Shown: positions 18,553 through 27,638 of the stretch, one piece after another
Numbering within the stretch: position 1 is the stretch's first letter
Layout of the letters: each line of letters starts with the position of its first letter
IMG/VR virus record: IMGVR_UViG_3300013132_000043
Direction: 5' to 3' (one strand)
Source of the DNA: an uncultured virus (IMG/VR IMGVR_UViG_3300013132_000043)
Lineage: Duplodnaviria; Heunggongvirae; Uroviricota; Caudoviricetes
DNA: 64,000 bases
Notes under the pieces: generated by a model
The model's database searches: none
What the model was told of the DNA's origin: nothing
What the model saw: only the letters and a program-made list of their open reading frames with translations
Translations under genes and position numbers: made by a program

Positions 18553-21450
18553 ATGTCAGAAGTTATTTCACAAGAGGTCATAGAAAGTTTTCTAAATGGT
18601 TGGGACTCAGAGGAGTATATAGTTGGAGTCGAGTACGACTACAAAACAAATAAAATTTATAAGGTTATACAGGACCCTGAAAGGGGTAAGATAATAAAGA
18701 CGGATACTCTTGTACCATTTCTATGGGTTGGGGATTTATCGGGTTTAAATTTTTACCAAAACAACAAGTCATTACAGAAAAAGAAAATGGGTGAGTATGG
18801 TATCATGATTGAAAAATTAGATACCCATGGTAATGAACGTCTTGAAAATGGTATGACGTACTTGGTAAAATCTATGAAAGGATATACCGAGTTGGTTAAC
18901 TTTTTTAGACAGGGTGGGATAGACCCTTGGGGTGAGAAAACAAAACAATACTTTACAATACTTTCGCCCGTTGAACAATTTTTAATACAAAAAAAGAAAA
19001 GACTCTTCAAGGGAATTGATGATTATTCGGGTGTTCACAGATTTGTATTTGACATTGAAACCACTGGTCTTGAACCTGAAACCAGTGAGATAATTCTTAT
19101 CGGAGTAAAAGATAATCGCGGTTTACAAAGAACTATTTCCGCCTTTGGTGAAGATGGTGAAAAAAAATGTATTGAAGAGTTTTTTGAACTAATAAGAGAA
19201 GTAAAACCAACAATTATTGGTGGATATAACTCTGCATTTTTTGATTGGCCATTTATTTTAAAAAGGGCACATATTCTTGGTGTTGACGTTAATGGTCTGA
19301 CACAAATATTCACCGCTCAGGGAATGAAAGAAAAGGAAGGGATGTTGAAATTAGCCAATGAAATTGAACCATATACCCAACACGTTATATGGGGATTTAA
19401 TATAATTGATATTGCCCACTCTGTTCGTAGAGCACAAGCAATCAACTCCGAAATTAAATCTTGGGGATTGAAATATATTACGAAGTATTTGGAAAAAGAA
19501 AAACCAAATCGTGTGTATGTTGATGGTGCATGGATTTCAAAAATATATCTTGAAAATGAAAGTTACTACGTGAATCCAAAAACGGGTAACTATAAAAAGA
19601 TTGGCGAGTCGGGAACTGAAGGTTTACTTAAAAAGTATCCGGGTAAGTTTGAGATTTGGCCGGGTCGTAGGATTGTTGAACAATACCTTGATGATGACTT
19701 GTACGAAACAATGATTGTTGATGATTCTTTCTCACAATCAACTTTCCTACTTTCAAAGTTAGTACCAACAACTTACGAAAGGATTGCCACTATGGGTACC
19801 GCCACACTATGGAAGATTATAATGTTGGCGTGGTCATATGAAAATAATTTAGCAATCCCAACTAAAGATGAAAAACGTGCAATTACAGGTGGATTGTCTC
19901 GTTTATTAAACGTTGGTTACGCTAAAAACATTGTCAAATTTGACTATGCATCACTATACCCGTCTATTCAACTGGTTTATGATGTATTTCCTGATTGTGA
20001 TGTTATGAATGTTCAGAAATCAATGTTGAAATATTTCCGTAACATTCGTATTAAATATAAACGTCTCGCCGGAGAATTAAAGTCAAGTGACCTTGTTCAG
20101 TCGGAGATGTATGACCGAAAACAATTACCAATTAAAATTTTTATCAATGCATATTTCGGTTCTTTGTCTGCGCCACAGGTATTCCCTTGGGGTGATATGA
20201 ACATGGGTGAAACAATTACTTGTACAGGTCGTCAATGTCTTAGAATGATGATTATGTTTTTCATGAACAAAGGATATAAACCACTTGTGATGGATACGGA
20301 TGGTGTGAACTTTGAAACTCCTGACACAATTAATACTCACGTTTATATTGGTATAGGAAACAATGAATTAGTGGAATTAGGAAAGGAATATAAAGGTATT
20401 GAAGCCGATACTGCGGAGTTCAATGACCTTTTCATGAGAAATGAAATGGGTTTAGATATTGACTACACCGCACCTGCGTGTATTAATGTTTCTCGTAAGA
20501 ACTACATTATCAAACTAATAAAGAAAGGTAAAGAAGTTATAAAACTTACAGGTAACACAATCAAGTCAAAAAAATTACAAGAATACATAGTTGAATTTTT
20601 GGACGAGGGTTTAAAACTCCTTTTAAATGGTGATGGACTTTCGTTTGTTGAGTTATATTATCAACACGTTGAAAAAATATTTAATAAAGAAATACCATTA
20701 TCAAAGATTGCAAACAAAGCGAGAGTAAAACAATCTGTTGACGATTATAAAAAACATATTAAGAAAACAACCAAGTCGGGTTCATTAATGTCTCGACAAG
20801 CTCATATGGAATTAGTTTTACAAAACAATTATCCTGCGGGTCTCGGTGAGACTATCTATTATGTTAACAATGGGACAAATAAATCCGATGGAGATGTACA
20901 GAAAGTTTCTAAACCAAGTAAAAAAAGACAAGAAGAGTTTTTTACAACTAATGGTTATCAAATGCCATTCGATTATTTGGAAATAAATTGTTATATGATT
21001 TCTGAAAAAGATATTCAAAACAATCCAAATATGACGGGGGACTATAATGTTGCCAGATATTTGACAACATTCAACAAAAGAATTGAACCATTACTTTGTG
21101 TTTTCAAACCTGAGATACGAGAGGACATTTTAATTGAAGACCCCAAAGACAGACAATACTTCACAAAGTCACAATGTGAACTAATAAGTGGTCAACCATT
21201 AAAAGAAGATGGTCAAGATAAGTTCGATGAGGTTATGACACTATCAGATAGTGAGGTGATGTTTTGGAATAGAGTTCAAAGAGACCCATTCTTTATGTAT
21301 GTAGAGAATAGTATAGATTTAGTTGACAAGTATTGGGTTGACCACAATCGTAAGGTTGTAAATCTACAAGTTGCCAGTACAAAGAGTAACGAAGACGAGA
21401 TAATTCAAACCAATGGTAATGACTTTGCATACCATGCGGTGGAAAGTTAA
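18553..21450 (+). CDS. polB: Family B DNA polymerase with 3'-5' exonuclease
   Basis: Exonuclease motifs FDIETTG and GYNSAFFDWP. Polymerase motifs DYASLYPS, KIFINAYFG and MDTDG. Confidence 0.95.
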   Translation: MSEVISQEVIESFLNGWDSEEYIVGVEYDYKTNKIYKVIQDPERGKIIKTDTLVPFLWVGDLSGLNFYQNNKSLQKKKMGEYGIMIEKLDTHGNERLENGMTYLVKSMKGYTELVNFFRQGGIDPWGEKTKQYFTILSPVEQFLIQKKKRLFKGIDDYSGVHRFVFDIETTGLEPETSEIILIGVKDNRGLQRTISAFGEDGEKKCIEEFFELIREVKPTIIGGYNSAFFDWPFILKRAHILGVDVNGLTQIFTAQGMKEKEGMLKLANEIEPYTQHVIWGFNIIDIAHSVRRAQAINSEIKSWGLKYITKYLEKEKPNRVYVDGAWISKIYLENESYYVNPKTGNYKKIGESGTEGLLKKYPGKFEIWPGRRIVEQYLDDDLYETMIVDDSFSQSTFLLSKLVPTTYERIATMGTATLWKIIMLAWSYENNLAIPTKDEKRAITGGLSRLLNVGYAKNIVKFDYASLYPSIQLVYDVFPDCDVMNVQKSMLKYFRNIRIKYKRLAGELKSSDLVQSEMYDRKQLPIKIFINAYFGSLSAPQVFPWGDMNMGETITCTGRQCLRMMIMFFMNKGYKPLVMDTDGVNFETPDTINTHVYIGIGNNELVELGKEYKGIEADTAEFNDLFMRNEMGLDIDYTAPACINVSRKNYIIKLIKKGKEVIKLTGNTIKSKKLQEYIVEFLDEGLKLLLNGDGLSFVELYYQHVEKIFNKEIPLSKIANKARVKQSVDDYKKHIKKTTKSGSLMSRQAHMELVLQNNYPAGLGETIYYVNNGTNKSDGDVQKVSKPSKKRQEEFFTTNGYQMPFDYLEINCYMISEKDIQNNPNMTGDYNVARYLTTFNKRIEPLLCVFKPEIREDILIEDPKDRQYFTKSQCELISGQPLKEDGQDKFDEVMTLSDSEVMFWNRVQRDPFFMYVENSIDLVDKYWVDHNRKVVNLQVASTKSNEDEIIQTNGNDFAYHAVES

Positions 21451-22565
21451 ATCACGTTAAATGGTGATTGTATCGGTCTATACTTGAGAGCTTTGTTAAG
21501 ATTCTCTGCCTCATTTCCTTTTCTTTCAAGAATTTTTTCAGGACGAAGTCTTTCAAGTCTTCCCATTAACTCTTCAACAAGTTTTAATTTTTCGTCTTTT
21601 GCTTCAGTCAAAAGTGTTGAGTAATCAAGTTTAATTTGACTATCGGGAACTTGTAAATCACCTGAGAATTTACCCCAAATTCTTGCAAGACCTTCTTTGG
21701 CGTAAGTGATGAGATACTTTCTAACCCAGTTTTGTGCGGGTTTGTTTAACATATCCCATGTCAATTGTTCTGTCTCAACATCTGAGGGTAATTTAACAAT
21801 ACCACTATTTTTGTCTAAACATGTATCTAAAGATGTGGTGTCATAGTACCAATACCATACTCTTTCTCTATTGTTTTGTATTGAACCGAAATCAAATCTA
21901 CCACCAGGCACATTGTAAAGGTGTACTAATTTTTTACCATTAGGACCCGCAGTAATTCGGTATGTTAAATCCATACCAATTAGTCGGTTCTTAATGTTTC
22001 TATCTTGCATTCTTAATAACAAATCATATGCTGGTAACATGAAATAAGACCCCGATGAACCTTGTTGTGCAAAACCACCAACTCCACCAAACGCAACACC
22101 ACCAAGACCTCCAAATCCACCTAAGAATGGGTCAACTATTGAGTCGGTTAATTCTGCTCTTGTAAACCATAAAAGCTCGTTAATTTCTCTACCCGCTGGT
22201 ATTTCATATGTTTGAACTCCCCTTTCTAATTCTATGTAATCTTTTTTTAGTTCTGAATTACCACCTGTTTGAAGACCCACAATTTTAGAATATGAATGGG
22301 TATATTGAGTTTCGTAATCCAAACTTCTTGTTGTAAATGCTCTTGTAAGTGATTGAGTATCCACATCTAAACCCGCTAAAGCCGACCATTGGGACTCGAT
22401 TAACCAATCGCTAACGTATTGTTCGTATTCGGAAAGAGATAATTCCAAAAAGGTATCCATTTGTTCTTCAGTAAGTTCAATGCTACGAACCGGCATACCC
22501 AAAAGGTGGAATATTTGTGTGTAAAGTTTTTCTCTATCTGGTTGAGTTATTACTGTGGATGCCAT
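21447..22565 (-). CDS. Neck / head-tail adaptor protein (T4 gp13-like)
   Basis: LLGMPVRSIELTEEQMD at the N-terminus and WVRKY...AK..L..IWGKF.G...P......L..EAK.E...L.EEL at the C-terminus. Confidence 0.8.
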   Translation of the reverse strand: MASTVITQPDREKLYTQIFHLLGMPVRSIELTEEQMDTFLELSLSEYEQYVSDWLIESQWSALAGLDVDTQSLTRAFTTRSLDYETQYTHSYSKIVGLQTGGNSELKKDYIELERGVQTYEIPAGREINELLWFTRAELTDSIVDPFLGGFGGLGGVAFGGVGGFAQQGSSGSYFMLPAYDLLLRMQDRNIKNRLIGMDLTYRITAGPNGKKLVHLYNVPGGRFDFGSIQNNRERVWYWYYDTTSLDTCLDKNSGIVKLPSDVETEQLTWDMLNKPAQNWVRKYLITYAKEGLARIWGKFSGDLQVPDSQIKLDYSTLLTEAKDEKLKLVEELMGRLERLRPEKILERKGNEAENLNKALKYRPIQSPFNVI

Positions 22566-22569
22566 TCTA

Positions 22570-22600
22570 TTGTTTTTTATTATAAATATCCGTATATTTG
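22570..22600 (+). promoter_or_regulatory. Bacteroidota-type promoter for the 22618 ORF, overlapping the divergent late motif of the neck gene
   Basis: TTG (22570-72), 20 nt, TATATTTG (22593-600). ATAAATA at 22582-88 is TATTTAT on the minus strand. Confidence 0.55.
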
Positions 22601-22617
22601 GATATTAAGTATTTTTC

Positions 22618-23808
22618 GTGAAATCAAAATTTAAATTCAAATACACTAAAAGTAGGTTTTCACAAGGAATCAATAGAATTTGTGTGGGTAAAAAACCATA
22701 CGACACCTCTAAAAGTATCCTTACGAGCAATTGGAGGGTGATTTATGATGTTTTCTATTCAAAGTATGGTCAGTATGGAAAAGTAACGGAGAATGGTGAG
22801 GAAGGTGTTTTAACACCTAAAAGAACTTGGTCTGCGGTAAACCAATTTAACACTCACACAGATATTCAGGATATAATTGTTCAATATCTAAATCAAAATA
22901 TATCAAATGATTTTTTCTCTAAAGGTATAGAGGAGATTGATGGTAGAAAGGTTAAGTTAATCGATTTTGACCCCAAAAATGAAGACGTTCAATCTATTAA
23001 CGATGAGCTAAAAAATTATTTTAATTGGTTATATTATTATGGTGATAAATTATTTAAGGACTTGGGTAAAGTATCCAAGAACGATATTTTACATCACCTT
23101 TTAGAAATTGCAACTTTTACAATGGCTGCCGGCACATTTAGTGAACTTGCTGTTGAGTTTTTTCTAAAAACAAAGTATCCTGATGGTTATGATGTAATTA
23201 GAAATTCATCATTAAGGGGTAACTCAGATGATATGAAAAATGGTGTGGACTTGTACACAATAGAAAAGAAAATACCATATAAAAAGAAAAAGTTCCAAAT
23301 AAAAAACGCAAGGATTTATGATGAAAACGTAATTTATAAATCCATCAACACATCTTATTATTCTGATAAGGGAATAGATTATTTGGTTTTAGCTCAAATG
23401 AATATTGATGAAAATACCCATATCCCAAACCCATCTACTATGATTTTCTTAAAGATGTCCCCCAATTTATTTGACACTAAGAAAAGTAAAGTGGGTAGAT
23501 ATTCATATTCATATAAAAAAGAACAAGTAATAATGGAAGAACAAATTAACCCAATTTTTAAATCAAAAATATTTTTTGAATTTTTTATGTATTGTTCCAA
23601 GCACGGAATAGAATTTAACATGGATGTTTTGGAAGAAACAAGTATTAAAATTGGTGATAAGTCGGTGAATGTAATTCTACCAAAAAATCATCAAGATTTT
23701 AATGAATCAGTTATAATAGATTCTTGGAGAGATTTAATTAATCAGTTTGAAAAGGATGTACCTAAGAAAGAAAGTTTAGAGTACTTAGAGGAGCTCATTA
23801 AGAAGTGA
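22618..23808 (+). CDS. Hypothetical protein with putative PD-(D/E)xK nuclease-like domain
   Basis: GTFSELAVEFFL...DDMKNGVDL....KKFQIKN is an E...D...QxK arrangement. GTG start. Confidence 0.45.
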   Translation: MKSKFKFKYTKSRFSQGINRICVGKKPYDTSKSILTSNWRVIYDVFYSKYGQYGKVTENGEEGVLTPKRTWSAVNQFNTHTDIQDIIVQYLNQNISNDFFSKGIEEIDGRKVKLIDFDPKNEDVQSINDELKNYFNWLYYYGDKLFKDLGKVSKNDILHHLLEIATFTMAAGTFSELAVEFFLKTKYPDGYDVIRNSSLRGNSDDMKNGVDLYTIEKKIPYKKKKFQIKNARIYDENVIYKSINTSYYSDKGIDYLVLAQMNIDENTHIPNPSTMIFLKMSPNLFDTKKSKVGRYSYSYKKEQVIMEEQINPIFKSKIFFEFFMYCSKHGIEFNMDVLEETSIKIGDKSVNVILPKNHQDFNESVIIDSWRDLINQFEKDVPKKESLEYLEELIKK

Positions 23809-25536
23809 TTGAGCAAAACTTTCTGAATATTCATTATCTCCCATTACTTGGTCGATAATATTCTTTTTCTTTTGTAATATATTATAAACAATCATTTCGA
23901 TTGTGTTTTCGAAAATAGGGTAGTAAACGAGTACACTATTCTTCTGTCCATATCTATACGCCCTATCTTCTGCTTGAGAGTGGTCTGAAGGTACAAATGA
24001 TAGGTCATTCATTATTACTGTTTCCGCAGCGGTTAAAGTAATCCCAACACCTCCCGCTTTAATATTGGATATAAATATTTTTACTTTATCCTCGTTTTGA
24101 AATCTGTCAACACTTTCTTGTCTTCTTTCTTTTGACATTCTACCATCAAGGGTCACGGAATTTTTCTTATACTTCTCGTGAATCATATCCAAACTCATAG
24201 TAAAGTTTGTAAATACAATAACTTTTTTACCTTGTTCTATAAACTTATCAATTAACTCACATGTGTATGGTACTTTTTCGTATGCAATCACTTGTCTAAT
24301 TTTCATTAAACGATTTAATGTCACACTAATTGATTCATTCTTTTTGTTTTCCTTAGATATTCTCATGAATTCTTCTAACTCTTCATTGTAAAAAGTACTC
24401 TGCATATCTAAAAAAACAGGGGTGATAATTTTTTCGGGTAAATCGAGAATGTCGGTTTTCATTCTTCTTAATACCAAATTTTTTGTTCTTTCTCTTAGTT
24501 CATCTAAATTACTTGCACCGCCTGTGTTCCATATTTTTTTACCTCCTACTCTAAACTGATAACCGGCACAATATCTTCTGACATAACCTTGCCAATTTAA
24601 TGCAATTGGTGAATTAACAATTTTTAATAAATTATAATAGTTTATCGGTCTTGATGTCATTGGGGTTCCCGTGAGTAACCACACCTTAGGTATTTGTTTT
24701 ACAATATCATTAATTAGTTTTGTTCTCTGTGCTGTTGGATTTGAAACGTAGTGGGCTTCATCAATTATTACTAAATCAAAATTTTCATTTATGATTAATT
24801 TATATGCTTCACTATCTTCTGATTTATCGGTTGTATGATAGTTTTTTAATATATCATAATTGATTATATAATAATCAAATGTGGAACCCCATTTTCTGCC
24901 CTCAACAATTAATGATTTTTTTCTTGAGTAATTTTCAATCTCTCTTGACCAGTTAATCTTTAGTGATGCGGGACAAATAATTAAAACTTTTTTTGCTCCA
25001 CTTTCTAATGAAGCAATAATCGCGGACGTACTTTTACCAAGACCCATATCATCAGCAAGAATGTATTTGTCATTGGCTAACAATTTTTCAATGGCTTCTT
25101 TTTGATGTTCCATTGGTGGTCTATGTGAGTAAGGACTATAATCTATTATTCTGTCTAATTTTTTTTCTTCTTGGACAATAGATGATTTTGGAAGCCACAT
25201 CGCATGATTCGTTTCGGAATCAAGAATTTTACCCCATATATGGTATGCCTTATCGCTTTCACACAATAATTTTTCACACCAAATCTTTTCGGGTACTTTG
25301 GTTAACTTCTTGTCCTCCATAATTTTTTCACCAAAATTCTTGGCAATGGTGATATGCTTTCGAGCAACTCGAGGTACTGTTTCGTGATACTTTACAACAT
25401 ATTCCGCTTGAGGTCTTGTTAATTGAAAATTTTTAACATTCTGAAATTTGTTTTTCCAATCAAGTAATTGATTGTTAAAACCTTCATATTCAAGCAGTAT
25501 ATCCCTCGCCTCTATTTCGAGAATCTTGTTCTGCAT
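23785..25536 (-). CDS. SNF2-family (SMARCAL1-like) helicase
   Basis: LADDMGLGKS, DEAH, LLTGTP, LRR, GVGITLT and QAEDRAYRYGQ motifs. Start moved to ATG 25536 (MQNKIL) because the longer start overlaps the divergent gene. Confidence 0.9.
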   Translation of the reverse strand: MQNKILEIEARDILLEYEGFNNQLLDWKNKFQNVKNFQLTRPQAEYVVKYHETVPRVARKHITIAKNFGEKIMEDKKLTKVPEKIWCEKLLCESDKAYHIWGKILDSETNHAMWLPKSSIVQEEKKLDRIIDYSPYSHRPPMEHQKEAIEKLLANDKYILADDMGLGKSTSAIIASLESGAKKVLIICPASLKINWSREIENYSRKKSLIVEGRKWGSTFDYYIINYDILKNYHTTDKSEDSEAYKLIINENFDLVIIDEAHYVSNPTAQRTKLINDIVKQIPKVWLLTGTPMTSRPINYYNLLKIVNSPIALNWQGYVRRYCAGYQFRVGGKKIWNTGGASNLDELRERTKNLVLRRMKTDILDLPEKIITPVFLDMQSTFYNEELEEFMRISKENKKNESISVTLNRLMKIRQVIAYEKVPYTCELIDKFIEQGKKVIVFTNFTMSLDMIHEKYKKNSVTLDGRMSKERRQESVDRFQNEDKVKIFISNIKAGGVGITLTAAETVIMNDLSFVPSDHSQAEDRAYRYGQKNSVLVYYPIFENTIEMIVYNILQKKKNIIDQVMGDNEYSESFAQSLLNELL

Positions 25537-25586
25537 ATAAACTAAATATAATAAAATAGAATGAATAATTGAACTATTTATTGAGT

Positions 25587-26099
25587 ATGAAGCATAAATT
25601 ACCCATAACAAGAGTCAGTAAATTCTTTTCAGAAACAGATTTTGATTTGAATCAAATGATAGGTCAAGAATACCTTCATGGGGATTTAAATATGAAATTG
25701 GTTCTGTTCAGAGTTGACAAACAAAAGACTGATACGGATGAGGTTTATGCTGAGGTTGGTAAAGACCAAATTAAATTTTTACCTCCTGTTGAGTTTAATG
25801 GTTTAGTAAAGATTGAGGAACCAAAAAATACTACTTATAAGGGTGGGTTAGGTAGATACTTAGAGCCGGGTAATATGACAATATCTGTTTACATTAAACA
25901 TTTAGAAGAATTAAAAATAGATATTAGATATGGTGACTACATCGGTTATCCTGAAAGCGAAGAAAGAATTAGGTACTATACTGTAACCAATGATGGTAAA
26001 GTAACATCGGATAATAAACATAATATGTTTGGTTTTAAACCACATTATAGAACAATCATTTGTGTACCAGCACAAGAATCTGAATTTAGAGGAATATAA
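25587..26099 (+). CDS. Head closure / neck protein (T4 gp14-like)
   Basis: DEVYAE....KFLPPVE and I..GDYI patterns, located before the tail terminator and sheath. The ATG at 25587 sits 5 nt after TATTTAT. Confidence 0.6.
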   Translation: MKHKLPITRVSKFFSETDFDLNQMIGQEYLHGDLNMKLVLFRVDKQKTDTDEVYAEVGKDQIKFLPPVEFNGLVKIEEPKNTTYKGGLGRYLEPGNMTISVYIKHLEELKIDIRYGDYIGYPESEERIRYYTVTNDGKVTSDNKHNMFGFKPHYRTIICVPAQESEFRGI

Positions 26100-26101
26100 T
26101 C

Positions 26102-27355
26102 ATGGGAATACCTAAAAGAAAAAATAATATTCAAGTTTACGGGGTTAAACAAGACATGAATGGTCCTAACATTGTAGGAAGGAGAAAGGAATTATTGGAG
26201 AGAATAACCAAATCAGATACCTTTTTACCCGATTCTATTTTACATGAGGACCTTGATTTAGGTATGCTTGATTTTGTAAAACAAAATTTCAAGATTGTTT
26301 CTGATGGTGACCAAATACCCATTATTCCAAGAATCTTGACGATTCAAAGATGGGGTGAGATTTCAAACAATTGGACATTTGCGGATGAGGATGGTAATAT
26401 GAAGTTACCCTTTATAGCTGTAATCAGGAGACCAGACGTTCAACCCGGTACAAACCCATCAATTCAACGAACAATACCCGACAGAAGAGATTTCTTCTAT
26501 GCTTCTGTTCCGACATGGAACGGGACACAAATGGGTGCCGACATATATAAGATACCACAACCTGTGGCCATAGATATAACTTTTGATGTAACAATAGTTT
26601 GTACAAAACTTAGGGATATCAATAAGTTCAATAGAATTGTTTTACAAAAATTCTCGTCTCGTCAGTCATATACAAGCGTAAAAGGTCATTATATACCTCT
26701 TGTTTTAGATAGAATCGAGGATAACACCCCAATGGATACTTTGGAAGGTCGTAGGTTCTATATTCAAAATTACACCTTTACAATGCTTGGTTTCCTAATA
26801 GACGACGAGGAGTTTGAGGTTAAACCGGCGGTTAGTAGAATGTTTTTATTGAACGAGTTTATTAAGAGTAACAATTATACCAAAAAGTATATTGTCAAAA
26901 CTATTGAGATAACAATTGTATCTTTTCCCGCTGATGGTGTTCAAACCGTCTTTAGTGTGGGTGAAACAATAAATGTATTATTTACTGTTGCAATTAATGG
27001 TCTTGTACAAATACGAGATGTGGATTACTTTCACGTTGCTCAAACATCAAAAATAACTTTTGTTCAACCACCATTAGATGGTTCGGTTGTAACTATCACA
27101 TATTATAAAGGTAGAAACGACACATTTATGGATACATTTGGTAAACCATTAAATGTGATTTATGAAAGTTTTACCTACGATGGCTCAAGTTTAGAGTTTA
27201 CCACATCAAGCGCTCTTGATAGTATCATCAGTTTAGATATTAATGGTCTTGTGGAAGATGAGGGTGTCAGTTTTGAGGTTTCAGGTAACTACAAGTTTAA
27301 ATTACTATCGGCACCAATAATTGGTTCAAAAGTAAGTGTTGTTTACTTGAGTTAA
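26102..27355 (+). CDS. Tail terminator / tail completion protein (gp15-like) with C-terminal beta-repeat domains
   Basis: LPFIAV.R...PVAIDITFDVTI...N core, then two DG....F....INGL.Q....F...P..GS.V...Y repeats. Immediately upstream of the sheath gene. Confidence 0.6.
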   Translation: MGIPKRKNNIQVYGVKQDMNGPNIVGRRKELLERITKSDTFLPDSILHEDLDLGMLDFVKQNFKIVSDGDQIPIIPRILTIQRWGEISNNWTFADEDGNMKLPFIAVIRRPDVQPGTNPSIQRTIPDRRDFFYASVPTWNGTQMGADIYKIPQPVAIDITFDVTIVCTKLRDINKFNRIVLQKFSSRQSYTSVKGHYIPLVLDRIEDNTPMDTLEGRRFYIQNYTFTMLGFLIDDEEFEVKPAVSRMFLLNEFIKSNNYTKKYIVKTIEITIVSFPADGVQTVFSVGETINVLFTVAINGLVQIRDVDYFHVAQTSKITFVQPPLDGSVVTITYYKGRNDTFMDTFGKPLNVIYESFTYDGSSLEFTTSSALDSIISLDINGLVEDEGVSFEVSGNYKFKLLSAPIIGSKVSVVYLS

Positions 27356-27513
27356 TTTTCCCCGTAGATATCTTTTTTCTTCGATTTACAAGACTCTTCA
27401 ATCCACTTTTGGACCACTTTATAAATTTTTAGTCCGTTTTTATCACAATATTCTTTCAACATTTGATGATGTTTTTCGCTGACTTTGATGTTTTTTAGGT
27501 TCTCTTTTTCCAT
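27352..27513 (-). CDS. Small ribbon-helix-helix DNA-binding protein (not in ORF track)
   Basis: MEKENLKNIKVSEKHHQMLKEYCDKNGLKIYKVVQKWIEESCKSKKKDIYGEN (53 aa): strand NIKV, helix, NG turn, helix. TATTTAT 4 nt upstream. Confidence 0.7.
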   Translation of the reverse strand: MEKENLKNIKVSEKHHQMLKEYCDKNGLKIYKVVQKWIEESCKSKKKDIYGEN

Positions 27514-27591
27514 AAAGATAAATAATGATAAAAAAAGATTTTTAATTATCCTTTTTGAAAAAATTCAGGAAATCTTTGCTAAAAACAAAGA

Positions 27592-27598
27592 TATTTAT
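27592..27598 (+). promoter_or_regulatory. Putative late promoter TATTTAT of the tail sheath gene (representative of 16 copies)
   Basis: The same sense-strand heptamer lies upstream of 16 mostly structural genes (see findings). Confidence 0.7.
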
Positions 27599-27638
27599 TA
27601 GAATAAGAAAATAAAATAAATTAACCAAACTTTTAAAA

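Noticed and set aside
398..22588. Canonical T4 late promoters TATAAATA on the plus strand
   Set aside because: They point away from the adjacent genes and are the reverse complement of the sense-strand TATTTAT motif.
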